From: a virus
Lineage: Duplodnaviria > Caudoviricetes
Length of the DNA stretch: 64,000 nucleotides
IMG/VR virus record: IMGVR_UViG_3300028048_000080
Span: 1 to 64,000 of that record
Reading direction: 5' to 3' (one strand)
Below, in pieces: positions 46,401-55,400 of this stretch (its first letter is position 1; the number at the start of each line of letters is the position of its first letter). Below the pieces are notes generated by a model, which was not told the origin of the DNA, ran no database searches, and saw only the letters and a program-made list of their open reading frames with translations. The translations under genes and the position numbers were made by a program.

Positions 46401-49400
46401 TTGAGAAGGCCGTGTCGCCGAACGCATCGGATATAGCCGTGGAAGATTTATCTATATAGTCCTTCGTATATACGGTGCTCTTCAAAGCATCAATAGTACG
46501 TTCATCTGCTTTGAAAGTGGATCTGTCTCCAGACTTACCGTAGTTATAGTTAGGCAGGACTCTAACCTGAGTGCGGGCGACTTCGTACATTACGTCGCCA
46601 TATTTGGTGGAAAGCTGGTGCATGGAATCGTGCCAGCCATCTTTGCCGCCAAAATATTTTTCCGTAACTTTGTTTAAGCCTTTAGTGCTAAGATGGCTGT
46701 CGTCAGTTACGAATTCTGCCCATTTTTTACCGTCAGTATCTTCATGGATTTTGATGCCTTTCATGGCACCGTTTTTCTCCATGATGTCCTTGGCTTCTTC
46801 TATGGAAAAACCCTTAAGATCGATTAATCCGTTAAACGTAGCTTCGAATGCGGAAGGGCCACCATGTTTTTTATGACCGGCCGCCGTATGACCGAACATG
46901 TCAATAGCTTCTTTTATGCCTATATCTCTTAGAGCTTCGTCCATAACGGTATTGGTACGGTAACGCTCTTCGAGTAAAGCGGAAGCAAACTTCGCCACAC
47001 CGCCAAAATTCTTGTTAATAATTTCTTCTATCTTGGCGTCGTTAAGAGCTAATAGTCGTTCACGCTTGGCTTTGTCTTTTTCCGCCATCGCTTTGCTGAG
47101 CGTCAGACCATGAACGAAAGCGGCAAATCCCGTACCTTTTACGGTTCCGGTATCAAACAATTCTTGAATAAAGTCGACGTGAATTTGCCGGCCGATAAGC
47201 TTTTCTGCGTTCAGCTCTTTTAATGTGGAAGCGATTTTCTTGTCGACTTCTTGTGAACCTTGGCCAAGCCCGTTCATCAAGACATGGCTCATCTGTTTTT
47301 CGCTATAGTCGGTCAGCTTAGTGTGGCCATCTATATCCAGGCTTTTAACGTAGAAGTCGTGAGAGAACGGCGAATTTTCCTTAGAGAAAAGCGCCCAGGC
47401 AGCCTGCTCGCGCTCAGCCCCCGTAAGAGATTTGTTAATATTCTGGTTGATATAATCGCTTACGGCCTCATCGGTCATTTCTTGACCGTTTTTAAAGATG
47501 CCTGACCTTAAAAGCCCTGTCTGCTTAGCCCTTACGGTTTCGTCTTTATACGTAGCGCTATTAGAAGCTTTAGTAAACAGTTCTTCTCCAGATTCTACGT
47601 ATACGCCTGCGTTCGATTCATAATGGGCCATACCGTCGGCGTCAAAAGTAATTTTGCCCTGAGCTTTCAATAGCTTTTCGAAATTACGGCTATTTTCGAT
47701 ATCGGAGCGGGCAATTTTGCCGAAAGCAACATGCTGTTCAAAATGCTCGGAGGTTAATCCGGCATCTGCGGCGCGGGCCGAAATGGCGCCCGATGCTTCA
47801 TCCGTAAAGATGGACATCATCTGACGATATTCGAAGGAGTCCTCGCCCAGCTTATCGGCAGCATATCGCATTAAGCGGCGCATACTTTCCGAATCAGCGG
47901 AGAGCTTATTGACCACCATGGTGTCGGCAACGTTATGGCCAAGCTTCTCGGAAATAGCATTCATATGCATGTGTTCCTGCATGGATTCGAATGCTGCTCC
48001 AAAACGTACGCCACGGCCTTCCATGATTTTTGCGGCGCGTTCTACATTGAACGGGATGGCCCTATCCATCTTAGTAGAAATATGGTTAAGGTCTTTGTCA
48101 TAGGACATTAATCCGCGATAACTGTCGGATAGAATATTTACCTGACCACGGGTGTCACCGGCATGGCTCAGGATATCCTGAAAAGCGCCTGTGGTGTCGC
48201 CTTCAAAGAGGTCGAGAAATTCTGCGCGCCCAGAGTCAATACTATCGACGATATACGGAGTCAAAATATGCAGTGTGCGCATATATGCTGCCGCGAGAGA
48301 ACTCGATGCATTCTTTAACGAATTGATTTCATCGACTCTTTTAGCGTGTTTAATACCTTCATCGCCGATTTTCTCCAAGTGCTCAATCATGATATCGGCA
48401 GCCTGCGTACCTTCGTCGCGAAGTTTTTGTATTATCTCTTTGCGGTCTTTTTGCCCTATCGTATGTAAAGTTTCGTCTATATTAATAACGTTAGCGAGAT
48501 TACGGTCTTGGCGGTCGCCAAAATAATCAGCTGAGTGCTGCCGATATCTCGCGCTTCGCATTCCGAAAATGCCTGATACTTCTTCGGCAAGATTACCGTT
48601 TTCCCTTCCGCGGTTGAACATGAAGTTCATTAGGTTCTCGCCATCTCTAGCGAGACGACCTTCTTCCGTGGTATAAATTAAAGCGTTGTGCTTGGAAGAA
48701 TAATAGAGGCCTACTTCGTCGCCGAACTCTTGTCCGTTAGCCAGGCGGCGCTTAAAAGTACCGTTGGAAAATACGTTGCGGTCAAGACCGATTACGGTGT
48801 AGTTATTAGCCCTTACATCCTGCGCCGTATTATAGACCCAGAACTGGCCATAATCTTTGTTATAGCCTATAGCGCCGCCGTGAGAATAAATGCCGCCAAT
48901 AATCTGTTCAAGCATTTCTTGGCTGGCGCCGTAGCGGGCACGCTGCATCTTGTAAATCTTACGCGCGTCTCTCTCACTATAACCAGCGGTGTCTACCAGC
49001 TTCTGGATAAACTCCTGCTCTTCTTTTTCGGTTCCTTGCGATACATCGAAGCCGTTATTGAAAACTATGTTTTTATTAATGTCAGAAGCGACGCCCTTGG
49101 CCCAAGCTAGAAAATCCTGCCCTTCCTTGGACTCTTTTTTCCAAACAGGTTTACCGTTTTCAGCAACAGGCTTGAAACTAGTAGCAACCTGAAAATCGAT
49201 GCCGGTAGCTTTGGAACTAACGGCGAGAATCTCATCGTCCGTCAAACCGCCGTTAACCAAGTTGTCGATAATATCGAACTGCTCGGTGGTAGACAATATG
49301 CCAGCCCATACATTACGTTTTCTTCTTTCACGCATTAAATGAGTGATCTTGCCGCCGGCGATAGCAGCAGTGTCGTTTTCAATATCGACGAGATATTCTT

Positions 49401-52329
49401 GCCCGCGACCATCGGCGATGTCATCCAGTTTTATAATCCCTTGATCCAAGAGACGCTGTTGAAAGTTAGCCAAGAGAGTAAGTTTTTCATCTTCTTGAGC
49501 GTGCTCTATTTCGTTAGCGGAACGTCCCATTTGCCGCATCAAAGATTTGACTACGCCGTAATCAGCGTTGATATCGATTGAAGCCATAGTGCTTCCGGAC
49601 AAAGATTTAACCCCGTAGAATCCTTCGATATCCACTTGGAACTTATTCAGTTCGCTGGCAACGCGGGGAAGGACTTGATAACCTGCGCCGGCCTTGCCGA
49701 CTTTTTCTATAGCGGCTTCTTCAAACATATCCCGAATTTCGTGATAAAAGAATTGAGCTCTGTCATCACTTAAGGATATGTCTTTGCCATAATGGTCACG
49801 CACGGCTGTTAAAGAGGCTTTGATTAACCCCTTGTTTGCGCGCGCCCATTTTTCGAGCGACGCCATATTCTCCATCGTGTCGGCATAAGCCTTACGTTGT
49901 CCCGTCTCTTTGTCGATATAGCCAAAGTAGTCCTGAAGAGAACCGTCATATTCATTGAATTTAACTTCTACCCCAGAAAGTTGCTTCTCTTCTATCTCTT
50001 TCGTCTTAGCTTTAACCTTATCACGAAATTCTTGGCGAAGATCTTCAATGGTGCTTTCGTCCGCCTGATTTTTTAAAAGCCCTTTTTCCTTCAGCTTTTC
50101 ATTAACATATTTATCCATGTCGTCGACATACTGCATGAGCCTTTCGTCACGACTGGCAATTTTATCACGAGCTTTGCGCCCGGCAGCATCATTAAACGCT
50201 CTATCAGATATTTCCTCTAAATCTTTGAGAGAAGCTGTCTTGTATTTACGGTTGCCCTCAGCGTCTATAACCACCGTGCTAAGCATGTCCCGATATTCTT
50301 GGGGAACATTTTCCATTAAGAATTCTTTGTCGTTCCCCGTTTTTTTAGCACCCGCTAAGGTGAATAAGTTATTAACGGTATCCATAAGATCCTGATACTT
50401 GCCGACCAGAACGATGTCTCGGTGTGCCGAAGCCAACTTAGATTTGGTGTGCGTAGTCCAGCGCATAGCAAACAAGTCTCCGCCAGCCATATTTTCATGA
50501 TTGGAAAGTATAGGCATTAGCGGGGAATCAGATTCTATCTTGGAAATACCTGAAAGCTCGTATAATCCGCGGCGATGTATACCGGGCGCCTGATAAAGTG
50601 CCCGTGCGCCTCCTTTTTCGCCGATAGCTACGCCGTCAGAAGACCACCACTGGTTAGTGTCTTTGTCGAAAGCGAAAGACATTACGCCATGCTTATGCGG
50701 ATCCCAGGTAGAATTATTAGCGAAGAAAAGCTGCGTACTGTTGCCCTTTAATTTAACGGCGTTTTTGGTAGCTTTTTTAGTGATAAACGAATTAGAGGAG
50801 TTAGGGTCATAGAATCCGCTGCCGAATACTACGCGCATAAGGTCGATGGCATCAGCTTCAGCGATATGGGTTTGACCGCTATGGATAGCTTCCGGCGAAA
50901 GACCTTTTTTAATAGCCGTCGCCGCCAGGATTGTCTGCTGAGTTTTAGGAGTCTCTTTCTGCGTTTTCATCCACTTCATGAGCGAATCCGTCTTGTCCTT
51001 GTCGCCCATGTAATTGCTCCAGAACGTATACGGGTCACCCATGTGTTCTTTAGGAAGAACCATTGCGTCGAGAGCGTTATTAAAATGCAGATGGTCGCCG
51101 CCAAGAATGCTACTCATTTCCTTACGGAATGCTTCAGTAGTTAAATCCTTATTATGCAGGAGATAATCGAGCTGAGGAATATCGAAGCGATTGCCATTAT
51201 AGCTTACTGCCGTAAGGTTATTGGCATAAATGTTACGGATGGCCGAGGCAAGCTCTTTTTCCCATCCGAACATTTCGTTGCCTACGCGGGTCTTTTCTTG
51301 GTACTCGCCGACTTCACGGAGAAGATTAGCGCCCTTAATCATTTCTTCTATCGTGCCGTTCGCGCCAGTTATATCCTTCTGCTCGGAGAAAGAAGAAAAT
51401 CTAACTACACCGTCTTTGGCTTCATCCCAGTTCACGTGCGTATATTTAGCGCCATGCAAAGCGAGACGGTTAAGGGTTACAAGTTCACCTTCTGCCATCT
51501 TTTCGCCACGAGAAAAACGGTCGATGAGGTTAAGCATATTCTTATGCTCTTTGCCGGACAAACCAATAATAGAACCGTAAGTTTTCTTAATATTGAAGTC
51601 GCCCGTCTTAAAATCGCCGAAGCCATCAGAGAAAGAAAACTCGGTAATACGCTGCATCTTATCGTATAACTTATCACCGTGACGACCGAAGGTTTCCAAG
51701 TCGAATGCTACGGCGCGCCCTTTTTGGGCGACGATGTTTTCGACGGCTTTTACTGATTCGTGTGGAGCGCCTTTAGTATAGGGGGTAGTTTTTTGATAGA
51801 TAAAATCGTATCCCGTGGTCTTTCGACTTTTCCCGTAAGTAAAAGCTTTGGAAAAAGTACGCACATTAAGACCCGAATACAATTTAACTAACTGCTCGTC
51901 AATTTTAGGAAATTCACTGAACTTCCTGACGGCTGCGTGTGGAACCACTATAGTAGCGCCTTGCGGTTGAGCTAAGTCAGCTATACGATACGCCAAGAAA
52001 GGAGCTATACTATGGTTTTCTTGCAGAGCAAGTTTTTTCCGCATTCGCTCCAACTCGCCACTGTGTTTTTCTCTCCACCAATTCCGATCTTGATTGTATA
52101 GCCAGACACTATTGTCTAAGTCTTTGATGATATCGGCATCGGCTTCGTCGCCTATATCCTTAAAAAATTTTAAGCTTTCTTGTTGTTCGTGAAAAAGATC
52201 TCTTTCGATGTGTTGTCTAGCATGTTTTCGCTCGTCCATCTTTTTTTGGAACGATTCCGAATTAGTAAATTTATTTAATTCAGCCTGCATACGAGCCTGC
52301 CGTCTTGCGTTGTCGCTGAAAAATGCCAT
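43447..52329 (-). CDS. putative single-chain two-barrel (virion) RNA polymerase fused to an N-terminal DEDDh 3'-5' exonuclease, 2960 aa
   Basis: Exonuclease motifs FDLET (D210,E212), YNGNRFD (D383), HIAEAD (H488,D493). Beta-like DEASGAISARA, GVYVESGEELFTK...KDETVR and KLTDYSEK. Beta'-like QRYP (R2344) and NGDYDSD (2380-2386). Confidence 0.75.
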   Translation of the reverse strand: MAFFSDNARRQARMQAELNKFTNSESFQKKMDERKHARQHIERDLFHEQQESLKFFKDIGDEADADIIKDLDNSVWLYNQDRNWWREKHSGELERMRKKLALQENHSIAPFLAYRIADLAQPQGATIVVPHAAVRKFSEFPKIDEQLVKLYSGLNVRTFSKAFTYGKSRKTTGYDFIYQKTTPYTKGAPHESVKAVENIVAQKGRAVAFDLETFGRHGDKLYDKMQRITEFSFSDGFGDFKTGDFNIKKTYGSIIGLSGKEHKNMLNLIDRFSRGEKMAEGELVTLNRLALHGAKYTHVNWDEAKDGVVRFSSFSEQKDITGANGTIEEMIKGANLLREVGEYQEKTRVGNEMFGWEKELASAIRNIYANNLTAVSYNGNRFDIPQLDYLLHNKDLTTEAFRKEMSSILGGDHLHFNNALDAMVLPKEHMGDPYTFWSNYMGDKDKTDSLMKWMKTQKETPKTQQTILAATAIKKGLSPEAIHSGQTHIAEADAIDLMRVVFGSGFYDPNSSNSFITKKATKNAVKLKGNSTQLFFANNSTWDPHKHGVMSFAFDKDTNQWWSSDGVAIGEKGGARALYQAPGIHRRGLYELSGISKIESDSPLMPILSNHENMAGGDLFAMRWTTHTKSKLASAHRDIVLVGKYQDLMDTVNNLFTLAGAKKTGNDKEFLMENVPQEYRDMLSTVVIDAEGNRKYKTASLKDLEEISDRAFNDAAGRKARDKIASRDERLMQYVDDMDKYVNEKLKEKGLLKNQADESTIEDLRQEFRDKVKAKTKEIEEKQLSGVEVKFNEYDGSLQDYFGYIDKETGQRKAYADTMENMASLEKWARANKGLIKASLTAVRDHYGKDISLSDDRAQFFYHEIRDMFEEAAIEKVGKAGAGYQVLPRVASELNKFQVDIEGFYGVKSLSGSTMASIDINADYGVVKSLMRQMGRSANEIEHAQEDEKLTLLANFQQRLLDQGIIKLDDIADGRGQEYLVDIENDTAAIAGGKITHLMRERRKRNVWAGILSTTEQFDIIDNLVNGGLTDDEILAVSSKATGIDFQVATSFKPVAENGKPVWKKESKEGQDFLAWAKGVASDINKNIVFNNGFDVSQGTEKEEQEFIQKLVDTAGYSERDARKIYKMQRARYGASQEMLEQIIGGIYSHGGAIGYNKDYGQFWVYNTAQDVRANNYTVIGLDRNVFSNGTFKRRLANGQEFGDEVGLYYSSKHNALIYTTEEGRLARDGENLMNFMFNRGRENGNLAEEVSGIFGMRSARYRQHSADYFGDRQDRNLANVINIDETLHTIGQKDRKEIIQKLRDEGTQAADIMIEHLEKIGDEGIKHAKRVDEINSLKNASSSLAAAYMRTLHILTPYIVDSIDSGRAEFLDLFEGDTTGAFQDILSHAGDTRGQVNILSDSYRGLMSYDKDLNHISTKMDRAIPFNVERAAKIMEGRGVRFGAAFESMQEHMHMNAISEKLGHNVADTMVVNKLSADSESMRRLMRYAADKLGEDSFEYRQMMSIFTDEASGAISARAADAGLTSEHFEQHVAFGKIARSDIENSRNFEKLLKAQGKITFDADGMAHYESNAGVYVESGEELFTKASNSATYKDETVRAKQTGLLRSGIFKNGQEMTDEAVSDYINQNINKSLTGAEREQAAWALFSKENSPFSHDFYVKSLDIDGHTKLTDYSEKQMSHVLMNGLGQGSQEVDKKIASTLKELNAEKLIGRQIHVDFIQELFDTGTVKGTGFAAFVHGLTLSKAMAEKDKAKRERLLALNDAKIEEIINKNFGGVAKFASALLEERYRTNTVMDEALRDIGIKEAIDMFGHTAAGHKKHGGPSAFEATFNGLIDLKGFSIEEAKDIMEKNGAMKGIKIHEDTDGKKWAEFVTDDSHLSTKGLNKVTEKYFGGKDGWHDSMHQLSTKYGDVMYEVARTQVRVLPNYNYGKSGDRSTFKADERTIDALKSTVYTKDYIDKSSTAISDAFGDTAFSRAIQDFTKSKKDGDLAYQTLVDDFMKDTFVHEGKGVQGAEHILKNGETAQTAEEGMAWLKEQGVDKKTAQRAINALKKSNVQDATANRVLDLIEANSSTNAHEYNRSHKYSLEEMNNLGFTSLSIDDLRTNARIHKTDDKFAESLYGQAIVLDLHSNSLIDGQIYTSDRDRTIALPFSALQQEDSTGAARKSELQRQVARVTRLHDQYTSEYENHRGGGQDINEKRRSELMRETEKLRSMVAQEATDKNGTFKRASTTVISDGTMYGTAQGFQFLGDGLDGAFGNAKFLDSGKSFTELADIRNAKDAVLKGSGMDLGFLFASTQHRDAIYSDEMFEQMAGGDKKLAKQLKEKTLGVLDKEGTIAVDQRYPLVSRDPVQAVNMHFSDILGRDEFRTNLKTFRQQNGDYDSDKINAMIRKSEAEITYADGRTVRAQVDFAAYRALSAMEGTNVKLLDDNFIEAKAGMVRNAVDITPYGQPQESHWGKDGKHIADDSYGVSNLTEYTYDGDRLVNFEKKYTEEEIKTNKALLDQLNENYKTSHAEDFEKIWDAEKGAAKDEALYVQRMGNFVAQNYGKEEAAAFDEALHYRKWQMGMDERFTEAASKKAAGIMNKSLFEFSRIAHSQAKLTGKENAEVLIGLMALQEGALTGKNARGETDLKRAEELQKVWGDAVKAMYTGENREEAASALQTFVGGVFKDRAKKEFGPRSAMLGDTDELIENTTKLFGDIVRNTTIDQKEQKLLMTGISASGLKASDPLNYRSSHSVDSQLGKTAQVLNDMNAEAGVSGAFNDLDNATSTAIHKNAEDAAQQMAEAASRNRNARYRRAVVQDTAESAGKSFGRMLDIAPIGGAGGKAIAAAIGIAAGLMTAGYASGPSVEHDVPTPAQTQAMQMSNDQGDQIAMQQMSLSDSNLNVMRGGPSSGYVININAQTGQGQQAAVDAISNAASGLTPQTGSVNVNLSTSVGNSLSQLQVNRMVAHAIGVA

Positions 52330-52350
52330 GAAAATATCCCCTCTCTATAC

Positions 52351-52381
52351 AAAAAGTATCAGCACGATACTTTTTCAAAAA
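52351..52381. repeat. 31-bp palindromic element, copy 2
   Basis: Identical to 43387..43417 and in the same orientation; lies between the GGTAAT motif and the SD of the 2960-aa gene. Confidence 0.95.
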
Positions 52382-52399
52382 CGTCTTTTCTAAATATAG

Positions 52400-52405
52400 A
52401 TTACC
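52400..52405 (-). promoter_or_regulatory. putative late promoter core GGTAAT
   Basis: GGTAATCTATATTTAG upstream of the 2960-aa gene. Confidence 0.6.
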
Positions 52406-52419
52406 GATAACGGGCAAAG

Positions 52420-52444
52420 AAAAACCCTGGATTATTCCAGGGTT
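52420..52444 (-). terminator. intrinsic terminator
   Basis: AACCCTGGA-ATAA-TCCAGGGTTTTT overlapping the stop of the 2195-aa gene. Confidence 0.85.
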
Positions 52445-55400
52445 AATAAGAGCTCTGCATAGATAGAGAGTTTTCGACCATCTTCTGTTCGTGACGCATA
52501 CCCATCATCTGTTTAACAGCGGCCCATATGGTAGTACCGCCGCCGGTAGGTCCGGCTTCCACGGAAATGTCGACACCTTTAAGTCCGGCGCCCTTGAGCA
52601 CATCTTCCATGTAGTTTTTTACGGCGGCTTCATTATGGTCACGGCCGCCACCTCGGAAGTTTACCGTAGGAGCGTTGATTACTTTTTCATCTCTGACTTG
52701 AGAATCGTAGTAGCCAAAGTCCGAAAGATTCATCGCTTCGTTTTCGATGGTCTTAACCTCAATATTATTCAAATCATACTGAGGAGCCCATCCTGCCCAG
52801 TTGGCTACGGGCAGTTCATGCTTAGCGAAAAATGTTTCATTATCTTCCTGCTCGTCCACCGTCTGTCCCCAGGCAAGCTGCAGAGCTTTACGTAGGAACG
52901 GTGAAACCTTATTGAGAATAACGTTACGTTTATCTGGATTGACTTCTTTAACAAATTCCATGAAGTATTCACGATCATTCGTCGGAAGGGCGGTAACTAT
53001 TTGTGACCATGAAGAATTCTCGTCCAAAGCATACATGGTTGCGTCAGCCGCTTTCTTATAAAGAAGCGCGGTGCGCGTCCATTCGCCGCCCGGAAGAATC
53101 ATAGTGTCTCCTTCGAGATCGGCTATCTTAGCATTGAGCTTCTTCATCAGCTCGTCGCGCTGAGTGCTTGGACGGGAATTCTGTTGAAGTTTCTTCTTCA
53201 TGCTCTTGTACTTGCTAAGAGCCTTCTGGTTCTTCTCCGCTTTCTCTTGCTGAAGCTCTATGACGTCTTCGAGATCGACGTCTTCTTCTTCCTTGGCTTT
53301 TTCAGCGGCGGCATGGAATAATCCTTCGTACTTCAGATAGGTTAGTCTATCGAAGTAATCTTGCATCTCCCATTTTTCTTTAGTGCGTTCAGGAATCCAG
53401 TCACCGTTAGGGTTTTTCTTTCCGTGGTAGAGCATACCAGCCGCCGCGCCAATAGCGCCGTATATCGCACGGGTCTTGCCGTTCTTTTCGAAGAAACGCC
53501 CTACTTCCTGCCCGATATTGGCCATAGACAACGCTTCATCGACATAGCTGTTACCGCCGGTTGCGGCATGAGCTAAAGTCATCGCGGTACTGCCGTAGCG
53601 CGACCAATTCATACGGGTTCTTTCATCCAGCCCCATGGCATTACCGAGAACGTTACCGATGAAAGCGCCGCGATCGCCAAAGATAAACGCGTATGCGCCG
53701 GCATGCTTCATCCACGGAGAAGCACCTTCAAAATCGCGGGTAAAACGATAAACATTGCCGAGCATGCCAGTAAAAGCGCTGCGGTCATGTGCTGCACGTT
53801 CTAAAGCGGGCATCAGGATGGAATTAATAGGATGTTCCCATGACTGATATGGCGTACCGTATACCTGCTCTGCATCATACGACTCAAGAGGAGAACGTAC
53901 TCGTAAGAACTGGTCGGAAAGCCATGGGATATCCATATGGGCGATATACTCTGAACCCCATGCTACCATCTTCTGCACGGGGCCGTAATTAGCCAACGTT
54001 GCCGCCGCCGACGTATCACCTTTACGTATAGACGCATCGCCATTCTTAATCATTTCTTGGCCGATATTCATACCGTCAGCGAATACGGCGGCATTTAACG
54101 TGCCTTGAGCATCTTTGTTTTTACGAGCGTACTCATCTTCGTCTACCGCTACCGTTACAGTTTCGCCTACGTGAATATAACGATTCAAGACTTCTTGCGC
54201 GCTTTCCTGTGCATTGGCTTTTAAGTGAGCGCCGGCTATCTTGAATATGCGGTTGCCCGAACGGAACTTGCCGTACCCCATGACTTCTGATACGACTACC
54301 TGTTGGTATTCCAGCCCTTTACCTACTACCTTATAATCGTAGAAATCATGTTTTTTACCTTGCTGATTTACTCGGTCACGAATCTCGTCCATCTCGTCGA
54401 TAAGTGCCGGGTCAGTAATGGTCTTTTTGGCTATGTCGCGCCATAGACGATATTCGGGAGAAAACGGCGCGATATCAGCCAGTATTTTCATACGGTCAAA
54501 AGCGCCGTATTCGCCGTACTGGTCAGGATGCAACTCATTAAGTGATTCATATCCTTTACCCGGGAGACGCATTTCGCCTTTTTGAATTTGCGTGAAGGGA
54601 TCGCCGAATCTGAAACGTTCAGGGAGCCAATCAGGCATGGTATTCATAAGTGGATTATTTCTTGGCCCACGGCGATAATCGGGAACGAAACGACGAGCTA
54701 TTTCTGCTGCTGCGCCGCCCAAACCACCGAGATTTTCATCCCAGAAGGTACGGGAGAACGAAGTCATATCCTGCCCCGTAGCGATACGCTCCATATCATC
54801 GACGCCGAATCCGGTAGCGGCACCGAGAGCGTAACCGTAGATACCTGAAATCAAACGCCAGGATACGGCGGCATTTTCTACTACGCCCGCACCTTTAGTC
54901 TGGTTTATCAGCTGAGTTACGGCATCCGGGTCACTCAAGAAATCCATTGCTTGAGACGGGCGATAAGACTTCAGCTTGTCGCCGTGAATCATCGTCTCGT
55001 CTTCATCTACTCCGTAAGGCGAAACGGTTTTACCTGACTCAGCTTTACGGGAAGCAGTTACGGAAGCGAGCATTCTTCTGGGATTTACTTTAGAAGCAAG
55101 AGCGGAGAGTTCTCCCCACGCATGTGTGCTATGCATTGGATCAATGCCTCTTGCGACATCTTCCAACATATTGCCATGGACGAGCCCGTCAACTACGTCG
55201 TTGCGCGGCAGCATATCCGTTAACTCATCGTACAAAGTCTCTCCGACCAGCTCGTTATACAAAAGCTTATCTTCCGCAGAAATCTTTACATGCTGTTTTT
55301 GCGTGGTTATGACGGTACCATTGCCTTTGTCATCCGTTGCGATGACCGACCCCTGTTTCGGAGGAGGACCACCGAAGAGTTTGTAATCTATCGCTTCGAA

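Noticed and set aside
43447-52329. 2960-aa protein as a DNA polymerase with proofreading exonuclease, or as a plain tape measure
   Set aside because: No family A, B or C polymerase motifs were recognised, whereas several ordered RNAP motifs are present; the protein lacks the repetitive helical character of a simple tape measure.
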